From Thermoplasmatota archaeon (GTDB lineage: Archaea; Thermoplasmatota; Penumbrarchaeia; Penumbrarchaeales; Penumbrarchaeaceae): a stretch of 38,376 bases of DNA. A program made the translations under genes and the position numbers. The notes beneath the pieces are model-generated. The model worked only from the letters and a program-made list of their open reading frames with translations, was not told the DNA's origin and searched no databases. Location: positions 1 to 38,376 of the forward strand of contig CBDDUX010000054.1 in the NCBI GenBank assembly GCA_965234725.1, given 5' to 3'. Numbering within the stretch: the first letter of the stretch is position 1; every line of letters starts with the position of its first letter. This document shows, in pieces, positions 21,301 to 29,212 of this stretch.

Positions 21301-24300
21301 ACGGATATTCCCATCGAGATGATCGATATAGATTCCGACCTTGAGAACGATCTGGGTATCGATACCGTCAAACAGGTGGAGCTCTTCGGAACTGCCAGGA
21401 TCGCTTTCGAACTACCCAAGGATGAAGGTGTGAATCTCAGGGATTATCCAACTCTCCGTCATGTCATTCTGTATATTATGTCAAAGAAAGAGGCAACCAA
21501 CGGCTGGAAGAAAGAGGACAAATCAGAAAATGAAGAAGTCGAAAAGGAAACCTCTGTAGAGGAACCTTTGAAGGCGGTCGAATCAGCAGGTACTAACTGG
21601 GATTCGATCAAGGATAGGGTGGTTGTCCTTGTCTCACAGAAGACTGGGTACCCTATTGATATGCTGGACATAGACCTTGACCTGGAAGCGGACCTTGGGA
21701 TCGACACCGTGAAACAGGTAGAACTTTTCGGAATGGCCAGGGGCGAGTTCGATCTTCCCAGGGATGATACCATCAATCTCTCCGAGTTCAATACACTCAG
21801 AAAGATAGTGGATTACGTAGTGGGCCAATCCTCCAAGGAAGTAGAGGGGGCGATCCCAAAGATCGAGGAAGTTGAACCGGTGAAGGAAGAAGAGCCGGTG
21901 GAAGAAGAGACTCAACCAGAACCTAAGATACCGGCTACCGGTGATGGCTGGGATTCCATGAAGGACCGTGTTATCGAAATCGTGGCGGAGAAGACCGGTT
22001 ACCCTACAGATATGCTTGAGCTGGATCTCGATCTGGAAGCGGACCTGGGAATAGACACCGTGAAACAGGTGGAACTTTTCGGAATGGCCAGGAGCGAGTT
22101 CGATCTTCCCAGGGACGATACCATCAATCTTTCAGAGTTCAATACACTCAGAAAGATAGTGGATTACGTTGTAGGCCAGTCCTCTAAAGGAGTAGTGGAA
22201 AAGGTTCCAGAGATCGAGGAAGTTGAACCGGTGAAAGAAGAAAAGCCGGTGGAAGAAGTGCCTGAAGAAGAACAGGAGGCTGGATCACCAGCAACCGGTG
22301 ATGGCTGGGATTCCATGAAGGACCGTGTCATTGCCATCGTGGCGGAGAAGACCGGTTACCCTACAGATATGCTTGAGCTGGATCTCGATCTGGAAGCGGA
22401 CCTGGGAATAGACACCGTGAAACAGGTGGAACTTTTCGGTATGGCCAGGAGCGAGTTCGATCTTCCCAGGGATGATACCATCAATCTTTCAGAGTTCAAC
22501 ACTCTCAGAAAGATCGTGGATTATGTTGTAGGCCAGGCTTCCAAGAAGGTGGTGGAAGAGGTTCCAAAGATAGAGGAAGTTGAACCGGTGAAAGAAGAAA
22601 AGCCGGTGGAAGAAGAGATTCAACCAGCATCCGAACCTGAACAAGAGGCAAAATCACCAGCATCCGGTAGCAACTGGGATTCGGTCAAGGACCGTGTTAT
22701 CGAAATCGTGGCGGAGAAGACCGGTTATCCAGTCGATATGCTTGAACTCGACCTTGACCTGGAAGCGGATCTGGGGATCGACACCGTGAAACAGGTAGAG
22801 CTATTCGGGATGGCAAGGGGAGAGTTCGACCTTCCAAGAGACGATTCCATCAACCTATCCGAGTTCAACACTCTCAGGAAGATAGTGGATTATGTTCAGG
22901 GAATGGTAGTTTCCAAGAAGGAATCTATCTCATTAAAAGAAGAACCTGTAGAGGAAAATGAGGTTCCGGAGGTTGATGAAGACTACCATTGGGAGAACGT
23001 CAAGGAGAAGGTCGTGACCATTGTTGCTGAAAAGACCGGATATCCCGCTGACATGCTGGAACTCGACCTTGACCTTGAGGCGGACCTTGGAATAGACACT
23101 GTGAAGCAGGTTGAACTTTTCTCCATGGCAAGAAGTGAGTTCGATATTCCCAGGGACGATTCCATAATTCTATCGGAATTTCCCACGTTGAGGCATATCA
23201 TAGATTTCGTTTCAAAGAAGACCCTTGAGGGTAAAGGATCCGAAGTGGCAGACAATAAAGAAGAGGTTCCCGCTCAGGAAAAGGCCCTTTCGATCGAGGA
23301 ACTGAAATGTAGGATCAACAGATGGGTCCTTCAGGCCGATGAGAGAGAACCTCTCTCCGGTTCCAAAGGAAAACCCCTTGAGGGAAAGACATTACTCGTC
23401 TTCGGAGGCCTGAAAGAAGAAATCGGTATCCTGGAGGAGGTCCTGGGCTGTAAAGCGGAACCGATGGACCCCAATGAAGCATCAGAGATGGAGCTGGACC
23501 TGTCCGGATATGATGGTATCTTGAACCTCTATTCCTTCAGATTGTCCAGGGGACCATATCCGGCAGAATGGGAGAAGGAGAACCATCTGGCTATCAAGGT
23601 CCTTTTCAGAATCGTCAAGTCAATGGACAAGGTTTTCAAGAAGGGAGGTTTCCTTCTTTCCATAACAAGGATGGGAGGAAGGTTCGGACTTGGAAGGGAT
23701 ATAAATCCGATAAACGGTGCCATCTCAGGATTCACCAAAGCCGTTCACAGGGAATACAAGGATACAAGAGCAATGGTTCTGGACATTCCCGATGAGTTCG
23801 ATCTCAACCAGGCTGTGAGCAGACTTGGAGATGAGCTATCTGCCGATCATGGACTTCCGGAGGTTGGGTGGGACGGATCGATGGGTTACAGACCGGTTCT
23901 GAGGATAGTGGAACCAGGCGAACCTTCATTTCTGGAGATCAAGGATGGAATGAACATCCTGATCACCGGAGGAGGCTCCGGGATCACAGCCGAGATAGCA
24001 AGGGGACTCTCGAATGTGGCTTCCCTGAAGCTTCATCTTACCGGACGGACAAAGGTCCTTGAGGATGTTGAAAAGTTCGCATCGATGGATGAGAATGGTC
24101 TGGAAGCCGAGAAGGAGGCGATCAAGGAGAAGCTTAAGGCCTCCGGAGAGAAGGTGACTCCCGTGAAGATCGACCGGGAGTTCTCAATAATTACGAAATC
24201 CATATCCATACAACGGTTGTTGAAAGATATTGAAACCAACGGTTCTGAAGGTACCTATCATTCTATCGATGTGACAGATGTTGAGGGAATGAAAGAACTG

Positions 24301-26547
24301 GCTGTAACTTTCGGGCCATTCGATATGGTGGTCCATGCTGCTGGTATAGAACAATCCAAACTGATCGCGAACAAGACAGAGGAGGATTTTGCAAGGGTCT
24401 TCGATACAAAAGTCAAAGGGGCTCTTTCACTCCTTGAGGCGACTCGGGAACATCCTTTGAAGTTGTTCCTCTCGTTCTCTTCGGTTGCAGGCAGGTTCGG
24501 TAACGCGGGACAGGTGGATTATGCCGCTGCCAATGACCTTCTTTCCAAACTTCCGGGAGCGGTCAGGTCCCTCCATCCCAATTGTGTTGTCAAATCGGTC
24601 GGATGGTCGGCATGGTCCGATGTGGGGATGGCCAGTAAAGGATCTATCAAGACGATCCTGGAAATAGGCGGGATCACTTTCATCCCTGTCGATCAGGGTG
24701 TCAGATTTGCAATTGATGAACTTGGATCAGGTAAGGAGAGGGAAGTCCTCTATTCTGGATCGATGGGACCACTGGACCGTGAGTGTTCCATGAGATGGGA
24801 GGAAGGCATCAATGTACCATCTGATGAATATATCTCAGAACTGGAAAAGGAGATACCTCTCAAGCAGATGGAAGAAGTTATCGAGGAAGAAGAAGTCACC
24901 GAAGTGGAGGAAGAGAGCCAAATAGAGTTACCTTCCAACACTCCGATGGATCCAATATCTCCTCTTGTGGACAGGATAGTCGAGAAGGATGATACCTCGA
25001 TCGTTGCGATCAAGGTTCTTGATATCAACAGGGAGAGGTTCCTTCCGGACCACTCTGTGATGGGTACACCTGTCCTTCCAGGTGTGATGGGATTGGAGGT
25101 ATTTGCCGAGGTAGCAAAATTGCTCAGACCCGATCTGGATGTCATAGGTCTTTCTGAGGTCCAATTCAAGAAGCCGGTCAATGTCAAGGACACACTGGAG
25201 ATCAAGATCTCAGGGAAGATAGAGGACGATGATGAGCTTGAAAAGACAGTCAACATCAGACTGACCTCAACGGATCCCAAGAAGAAGAAAGAGATCGTCC
25301 ATTTTATCGGTAATGTCATCTTGGGGAATTCCGAGGATGTTTGCAGGATCCAGGACGGCCACCCTTTGAGACCGGACTCCGTCAAAGCCCAGGTCCTTAG
25401 AGATGAGATCTATCAGCATCTTTTCCATGGACAGCTGTTCCAGGTGACCGCGGGCATGTCCGTATTGACATCCGAGGAGCTGCTTGGAACCTTCAGGATA
25501 CCAGAGGGTCCACAGTTCGAACCGAAAACTGGCTGGACGGATGGAGACCTGCAAACACCAGCCCTCCATACTGAATTGGGATTTCAAGTGGCAGGTGCAT
25601 ATGTTCTCGACCGCTTCGATATGATGGCGCTTCCGGTAAAAGTCGGAAGGATCTCCTATTCCTCCAGGATACGGACGGATGAGAAGGCCTTCGCATGGGT
25701 CCGTTTCAAGGGTCAGGAGGAGAACGAGTTCTCTTTCGATGTGGACATCATAGACCCCAGCGGAAACGTGAGGTTCTCCTATCAGGATTATAGATTGAAG
25801 GGTCTGATGGCCAGCAAGGTTGACCTCCAGGGGGACCACTCCATACCGTTCGAAGAGGTCCCTTCCCCCATCAAGGGGATCAAGGTGTTCAGGCTGGATG
25901 TTGATGCCTTCACAACGGAACTTGATGTGGTCAAGGACCATTTCTCCGAGGATGAATGGGCCTCCCTTGTCAATGAAAAGATGAGTGACAAGAGAAAGAG
26001 GGAGCATGTGCTTGGGAGGGTGATATCCAAGCTTGCGGTTTCCTGGTACGTGAACATCAGCGAGGCCAGACCGGTATCTCTCACCAATATCAGCATCCAG
26101 ACAGAAGATGGTGGAAGACCGTTCGCGATCCTCGATGGGAAGAGGATCGAGATATCGATATCACATTCCCACAGATGGGCCATTTGTTCGGTTGGCGACA
26201 AACAGCATGGATGCGACATCGAACTGGCAGAGTCAAGGGACAGGGCCTTCTCGGATGAGGCTTTCGATCAAGGAGAGGTTCAACTGATGAAGAGGATCCA
26301 GGAAGAAATGGATATAGGCGAGCCACTTGCCCAGACCTTGCTGTTCTCATCAAAGGAGGCCTATTTGAAGATGATAGGTACAGGGTTGAGGACGGACCTG
26401 AAAAAGGTCGCTTGCACTGATGTTTTAATACTTCCGGCAAGGACCGGACTTGCTTTCGAAGTCCTTGTCGGACATGATGATAAGATATCAAAGGTCGAGG
26501 CCAGTGTCGCATCAGCATATGTATTGACGATCTGTTCAAAATCATAA
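15364..26547 (+). CDS. Single-chain iterative type I fatty acid/polyketide synthase: ER-like(FabK/NMO)-KS-AT-KS-ACPx6-KR-DH-PPTase
   Basis: The ORF is open from GTG 15325; ATG 15364 is preferred because GGAGG lies at 15350-15354 (3727 aa). KS1: DAACGS (Cys 16975), HGTST (17377), GHLKSAAG (17491). AT: FPGQGSQ, GHSLG (Ser 18499), HAFH (18805). KS2: NSACASS (Cys 20266), HETYT (20710), TGHAFGA (20830). Six ACPs with LGIDTVKQVELF. KR: TGGGSGI and GQVDYAAAN (Tyr 24520). DH: HSVMGTPVLP (His 25051). PPTase: SISHS, GCDIE, FSSKEAYLK. Confidence 0.95.
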   Translation: MSPDRVNTILSINRDVILYSSPAQKDVKSVLEASEKGALGVLDMEYLDAAFITEAVTTLNGSSLPFGVRIDPMSDKLMTLMAGDVPKDMRLLISISKEGLPAMVRSGIYDTAHEMNIKVFQEVCAKEEAEDSVEGGCDGLIIRPYEGGGRVSSSNLVDLLKEIRTVSKNVPVLVRGGFSSDSIDKLDVEGYVVDQELLGPRSLPEPVRNRISQNKNVSIITLMKDIGRTMRFIAGSDEKKKLEALEKDMMSDGASPKELYKALKKETTELLEETMNGNALLYPAGEYALSGPSMDLDSIFGGPGTIHAHITSAEATVDGKPVPAEYHDKSIAIVGMGTVFPKGIGLNTFWKAVLDGVDACMEIPPDRWDWRLHYDPDPSVPNKTYSKIGAFITDFEFNSFDFKIPPKVAELIDRYQRYGLVATKEALNDSKLMETKGLDTNRVGVIVANSAGGENRDWVATRINFEEVHGWMQETDIWKDLPEDARKKLYEQTRKKVDDNTIEITEDTMPGSLPNIASGRLANIFNFRGPNMITDAACGSALAAMFVARNSLLLKQIDAAVSGGLESLMASHGFVEFCKIGALTPDGSRPFSDGANGFLMGEGAGIVILKRLDDAVEAGDKIYAVIRGIGGSSDGKGKGITAPNPEGQRLAVVRAMEDAGIDRSTISFIEAHGTSTAVGDVAEVNSLKTVFGGLPRNSIGLTSVKSQIGHLKSAAGVAGVVKAAMAVHEKVLPPQINFDKPNHYINWEETPFYVITESKDWERISPDIPRRCSVSAFGFGGTNFNVVLEEFDREIYDSWKKAKEDTGKPSIPLPEPEVKTATVSIEAEISVDMDKVRAYLETEGHKEGEAFLFSSDNPLDLLKQASVSVAKARGIVEKGGRFRDAFEMPSYDGRYRLGIMAKDPDHYEKQVETLKKVGMNEKALMALANKGIFVGDKERIDHGKVCFMFPGQGSQYINMFRDLAEKYKPVMEAFNDADRVMSDLIEKPLSSYVFQDLKRGDEGFDEAADTLRRTEFNQPSMLTVDTAMYKMLLRLGVEPDLVMGHSLGEYGALIASGIMSFDDALRAVSARGKEMRDLKVDDVGKMASVMAGLKEVEEVLKDIEGYVIPANKNCHIQTVIAGNTEPMEEAVRKFKEKGIETVFIPVSHAFHSEVVAPAKVPLRNYLSKLDIRPPRIPILSNVTADLYPMEGTPEELKEQVLDLLKEQVAHSVEWMGEIDRAYKEGCRTFIEVGPKRALTSFAYNLMEDDVKKGRVFPITSNHPKKGGIQTFNELVASLWSLGFDLKVPDLKDQSYYNKEFIEAFEPFTTKMKVPEKRVFEVPIAQEKTNPISFETFRSENSDLVDELLKKVYERIPSSSSSSESSRMDVDLTGIGSTVPSRKGVKVVISGAAMGLPGTFKGVFDPNNLGYLVEGRNLIGNMDERYLERFIDKHIVRLDKKPDGSAEMVTLNHPSMVVKLSGKLGSFDLVEEFGVPKALNDVLDITTRLAFASGLLALKDAGIPLVKRYAQTSTGSFLPEEWELPLEMQEDTGILFASAFPGTNNLIDELTSYFEAKMSRSSNEEKARLYEQLRAKVKGTDAEKELDAWYSSSLEEPESKYDFPRLFMFKVLAMAHSQFAQYIKAKGPNTQVNSACASSTLAISIAQDWIQMGRCKRVIVLGADDPASDTMIEWFGSSLLAMGALTPERDVTQAALPFDRRRKGMIIGSGAAALIVEAEEEPGRRGMNPIVEILGSHIANSAFHGSRLDIAHIARSMDHFITGMEKEWSMDRNVMAPDLIFMSHETYTPARGGSSAAEVESLRRTFGERYRDILIMNTKGYTGHAFGACIEDPVLVKCLEEGVSIPLSNLTPDQIDPQFEGLQLSSGGHHNRHYGLRIAAGFGSQLAFLLIRKPDTSGRFKDDQKYKSWLNSVATTQPVELEVYLNNLRLKDSGRDNLIPHMAVKRGSSVIGYKKDTMEDVDQERFDHYKEGVLEIFSKKTDIPIEMIDIDSDLENDLGIDTVKQVELFGTARIAFELPKDEGVNLRDYPTLRHVILYIMSKKEATNGWKKEDKSENEEVEKETSVEEPLKAVESAGTNWDSIKDRVVVLVSQKTGYPIDMLDIDLDLEADLGIDTVKQVELFGMARGEFDLPRDDTINLSEFNTLRKIVDYVVGQSSKEVEGAIPKIEEVEPVKEEEPVEEETQPEPKIPATGDGWDSMKDRVIEIVAEKTGYPTDMLELDLDLEADLGIDTVKQVELFGMARSEFDLPRDDTINLSEFNTLRKIVDYVVGQSSKGVVEKVPEIEEVEPVKEEKPVEEVPEEEQEAGSPATGDGWDSMKDRVIAIVAEKTGYPTDMLELDLDLEADLGIDTVKQVELFGMARSEFDLPRDDTINLSEFNTLRKIVDYVVGQASKKVVEEVPKIEEVEPVKEEKPVEEEIQPASEPEQEAKSPASGSNWDSVKDRVIEIVAEKTGYPVDMLELDLDLEADLGIDTVKQVELFGMARGEFDLPRDDSINLSEFNTLRKIVDYVQGMVVSKKESISLKEEPVEENEVPEVDEDYHWENVKEKVVTIVAEKTGYPADMLELDLDLEADLGIDTVKQVELFSMARSEFDIPRDDSIILSEFPTLRHIIDFVSKKTLEGKGSEVADNKEEVPAQEKALSIEELKCRINRWVLQADEREPLSGSKGKPLEGKTLLVFGGLKEEIGILEEVLGCKAEPMDPNEASEMELDLSGYDGILNLYSFRLSRGPYPAEWEKENHLAIKVLFRIVKSMDKVFKKGGFLLSITRMGGRFGLGRDINPINGAISGFTKAVHREYKDTRAMVLDIPDEFDLNQAVSRLGDELSADHGLPEVGWDGSMGYRPVLRIVEPGEPSFLEIKDGMNILITGGGSGITAEIARGLSNVASLKLHLTGRTKVLEDVEKFASMDENGLEAEKEAIKEKLKASGEKVTPVKIDREFSIITKSISIQRLLKDIETNGSEGTYHSIDVTDVEGMKELAVTFGPFDMVVHAAGIEQSKLIANKTEEDFARVFDTKVKGALSLLEATREHPLKLFLSFSSVAGRFGNAGQVDYAAANDLLSKLPGAVRSLHPNCVVKSVGWSAWSDVGMASKGSIKTILEIGGITFIPVDQGVRFAIDELGSGKEREVLYSGSMGPLDRECSMRWEEGINVPSDEYISELEKEIPLKQMEEVIEEEEVTEVEEESQIELPSNTPMDPISPLVDRIVEKDDTSIVAIKVLDINRERFLPDHSVMGTPVLPGVMGLEVFAEVAKLLRPDLDVIGLSEVQFKKPVNVKDTLEIKISGKIEDDDELEKTVNIRLTSTDPKKKKEIVHFIGNVILGNSEDVCRIQDGHPLRPDSVKAQVLRDEIYQHLFHGQLFQVTAGMSVLTSEELLGTFRIPEGPQFEPKTGWTDGDLQTPALHTELGFQVAGAYVLDRFDMMALPVKVGRISYSSRIRTDEKAFAWVRFKGQEENEFSFDVDIIDPSGNVRFSYQDYRLKGLMASKVDLQGDHSIPFEEVPSPIKGIKVFRLDVDAFTTELDVVKDHFSEDEWASLVNEKMSDKRKREHVLGRVISKLAVSWYVNISEARPVSLTNISIQTEDGGRPFAILDGKRIEISISHSHRWAICSVGDKQHGCDIELAESRDRAFSDEAFDQGEVQLMKRIQEEMDIGEPLAQTLLFSSKEAYLKMIGTGLRTDLKKVACTDVLILPARTGLAFEVLVGHDDKISKVEASVASAYVLTICSKS
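21265..23215 (+). repeat. Tandem array of six ACP-coding repeats with Glu/Pro/Val/Lys-rich linkers
   Basis: The conserved Thr codons are at 21364, 21706, 22057, 22414, 22783 and 23098 (spacing 315-369 nt). Copies 3 and 4 are nearly identical at DNA level. Confidence 0.95.
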
Positions 26548-26585
26548 GAAACAACCGTTGCAGAATACATCGGATGTGAGATTCT

Positions 26586-28541
26586 ATGGTGAAGAAGAGC
26601 AATATACTTGGAGGGGCAGGCGAGACAGTTCTGCTCACTGGGAACGAAGCGGTAGCCAGGGGCTGTTTAGAGGCAGGACTTGCAGTCGGTACCGCCTATC
26701 CGGGAACACCCGCGTCGACCATTATGGAGAAACTTGGTGAGGTAGCCCCCGAACTGGGTTTCTGGGCCGAATTCTCGGTGAACGAGGCCGTTGCCTTTGA
26801 GGTGGCGGCAGGATCGGCCCTTGCCGGTGTGAGATCGTTGATGTCTACAAAAATGCTTGGGGTCAATCTGATCGCCGATGCCCTCACCGTGATATCTGTC
26901 ACCGGTGTAAGGGGTGGATTGGTGATCATAACAGCTGACGATCCTCAACAGTTCTCCTCTCAGAATGCGGAAGATACCAGATTCTTCGCAATGCTGGCCA
27001 AGGTCCCTGTCCTTGAACCCGCAGACGGACAGGAAGCCAAGGACATGGTGAAGTATGCCTTCGAACTGTCCGAACAGCTTGAGCTTCCGGTGTTTTTAAG
27101 GATCACTCCAAGGATATGCCATTCTTCCTTCGATGTGGAGCTGGCTGAGATCAGGAAACCGAAATTGGACGGAAAGTTCGTGAGGGATCCCAAGAGATTC
27201 GTCATGATATCCACTTACTCCAGGCCCAGACAGTCTATCCTCAATGAGAAGATGGATAAGGCCAAGGAGATCTTCAACGATAATGAATGGAACTATGAGG
27301 TGGATTTCCAGAACGGTAAACAGGTGAAGAAGGGTGAGGCCTTCAACACATTCGGTATAATTGCATCAGGTCTTACCTATCACTACATCGAGGAGGTCCT
27401 GGAGGTAACAAAGGTAAATGCCAGGGTCTTGAAGCTTGCGACAACATATCCCTTACCAGAGGATCTCATAGCAAACTTCATCTCCAGATTGGACCAGGTC
27501 CTGATCGTCGAGGAGAACGAGGGTGTTACAGAGATGCTTACAAGGGCCCTCGCCCAGAAAAGAAGGATAGATGTTAGGATCATGGGCAAGGACGATGGTC
27601 TGATCCCATTGGCAGGCGAACTGAATCCGGATATCGTGGGAGGGGCATTCCAGAAGATATTCGGAGTCAAGTTCACCGAAGAGCTTACGGAACCTTATCT
27701 CGAGGCAGAGGAGATGGTATCCAAGAGGGTTCCCGCACTATGCGCTGGTTGTCCCCACAGGGCTTCATTCTTTGCAATAAAGGAGGCTTTGAGGAGGAAG
27801 GGAAAGGGGGGTGCGATAATGGGGGACAGAGGATGTTACAATCAGGGAGCATATGAACCCCTTGAAGGTATGGATACCTGCATATGCATGGGGGCCTCCA
27901 TTGCAATGGCCTCCGGACTGGCCCACTCCGGTACGAACGAACCCGCTGTTTCCGTTATCGGCGACGGCACATTCTATCATGCCGGAATACCATCCCTCCT
28001 CAATGCGGTCCACAACCGGGCCAATATTGTCTCTTTGATCTTCGACAACTCCATAACCGCAATGACCGGACATCAGCTGAATCCCGGTTCAGGTGTCAAC
28101 CTGATGGGTCAGCATACAGGTTTTGCAAATCTGAAGAAGATCGTTGAAGCCTGTGGTGTCGAGAACGTCCGTGTCATCAATGCATTCGATACGGAGAAGC
28201 TTGTCAATGCCGTTATGGAAGAGATAGATAACGATGGTCCTTCTGTCATCATCTCCAGGTCACCCTGTGCCTTGGTCGTGGAGAGGAACATCAGGAAGCG
28301 AAAGATGAAGTTTCCCAGAGCAGTGGTGGATATCGACAAGTGTGTGGGATGCAAGGTCTGCATGAAGAAGATAGGATGCCCTGCATTTGGATGGAGTGAT
28401 GATCCCAAACAGCATCTGGAGATCCTTCCTCACTGCAACGGATGCGGATTATGTGTTGAAATGTGCCCGTTCGGTGCGATCTCGGTCCCAGACAAACCAA
28501 AGGGAACACTTGGTATCACCGTCAGGGAGGGGAAGAAATGA
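26586..28541 (+). CDS. iorA: Indolepyruvate:ferredoxin oxidoreductase alpha subunit
   Basis: LLTGNEAVARG, AYPGTPAS, SVNEAVAFEVAAG, DDPQQFSSQNAEDTR, LCAGCPHR, the TPP-binding motif GDGTFYHAG...DNSITAMTGHQ, and a C-terminal 2x[4Fe-4S] (CVGCKVC...GCP; CNGCGLCVEMCP). Confidence 0.95.
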   Translation: MVKKSNILGGAGETVLLTGNEAVARGCLEAGLAVGTAYPGTPASTIMEKLGEVAPELGFWAEFSVNEAVAFEVAAGSALAGVRSLMSTKMLGVNLIADALTVISVTGVRGGLVIITADDPQQFSSQNAEDTRFFAMLAKVPVLEPADGQEAKDMVKYAFELSEQLELPVFLRITPRICHSSFDVELAEIRKPKLDGKFVRDPKRFVMISTYSRPRQSILNEKMDKAKEIFNDNEWNYEVDFQNGKQVKKGEAFNTFGIIASGLTYHYIEEVLEVTKVNARVLKLATTYPLPEDLIANFISRLDQVLIVEENEGVTEMLTRALAQKRRIDVRIMGKDDGLIPLAGELNPDIVGGAFQKIFGVKFTEELTEPYLEAEEMVSKRVPALCAGCPHRASFFAIKEALRRKGKGGAIMGDRGCYNQGAYEPLEGMDTCICMGASIAMASGLAHSGTNEPAVSVIGDGTFYHAGIPSLLNAVHNRANIVSLIFDNSITAMTGHQLNPGSGVNLMGQHTGFANLKKIVEACGVENVRVINAFDTEKLVNAVMEEIDNDGPSVIISRSPCALVVERNIRKRKMKFPRAVVDIDKCVGCKVCMKKIGCPAFGWSDDPKQHLEILPHCNGCGLCVEMCPFGAISVPDKPKGTLGITVREGKK

Positions 28542-29161
28542 ACGTGATCCTTTGCGGGGTAGGTGGAAATGGTGTGGTCTTGACCACTCGGATCATTGCT
28601 GAAGCAGCCCTGAGGGAAAGAACCAAGGTAAGGGTGGGAGAGGTCCACGGTCTTGCAATGAGAGGTGGAACTGTTGTTTCACATCTGAGACTTGGTTCCG
28701 ATGCAAAGGGCGTACTGGTTCCCCAGAGGAAAGCGGATATCCTCCTTGCCTTCGAACCACTTGAAGCATTGAGACAGATGAAGTTCCTCAAGAGGGGGGC
28801 GAAGGTCATCCTTAACAATGAGCCTTATGTCGGTGTCGATGCCCATCTGGGTCTTTCAAGATATCCTGAGGTTTGCGATATCCTGGAAAAGATCCAGGCC
28901 TCCCAGGATCTCGTTGATGTACCTGCCACAAAGCTGGCGATCGAAGCGGGTGGAGCAGTAATGACAAATGTTGTGATGCTCGGAACGCTTTCAGCTTCCA
29001 AGGAGCTTCCCATAGGCCGTGATTCGCTTATAGAGGCGATCAAGTCAAGAGTACCTCCGATGATGGTCGATGCCAATATCAAGGCCTTCGAGCTCGGTGA
29101 GAAGGCTTTCAAGGAATGGGAAGCCAACAGGGTCTGCGAGATCAAGGACCCCACCCAATAG
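28538..29161 (+). CDS. iorB: Indolepyruvate:ferredoxin oxidoreductase beta subunit
   Basis: The ATG overlaps the iorA stop (ATGA) with GGGAGG upstream, so the track start at 28463 is too long. Motifs NVILCGVGGNG, GEVHGLAMRGGTVVSHLRLG, AFEPLEALR, NVVMLG, NIKAFELG. Confidence 0.93.
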   Translation: MNVILCGVGGNGVVLTTRIIAEAALRERTKVRVGEVHGLAMRGGTVVSHLRLGSDAKGVLVPQRKADILLAFEPLEALRQMKFLKRGAKVILNNEPYVGVDAHLGLSRYPEVCDILEKIQASQDLVDVPATKLAIEAGGAVMTNVVMLGTLSASKELPIGRDSLIEAIKSRVPPMMVDANIKAFELGEKAFKEWEANRVCEIKDPTQ

Positions 29162-29212
29162 ACCAATCTATTTTAGTATGCCCAACCACCTCCATGTCCT
29201 GGGTGAAGGGAC

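Noticed and set aside
21595-23215. Regularly spaced DNA repeats as a possible CRISPR array
   Set aside because: The units are 315-369 nt in-frame ACP-coding repeats with no short repeat/unique spacer structure, and no cas genes are present.
14805-26585. Synthase as part of a mobile element or recent island
   Set aside because: No integrase, transposase, terminal repeats or tRNA target were seen, and composition looks similar to the downstream housekeeping genes.
24750-26638. Long antisense ORFs (211, 246, 143 and 182 aa) opposite the synthase
   Set aside because: These are shadow ORFs of a strongly supported gene, with no recognisable motifs.
28463-28537. Track N-terminal extension of iorB
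   Set aside because: It overlaps iorA. The family N-terminus and RBS point to ATG 28538.
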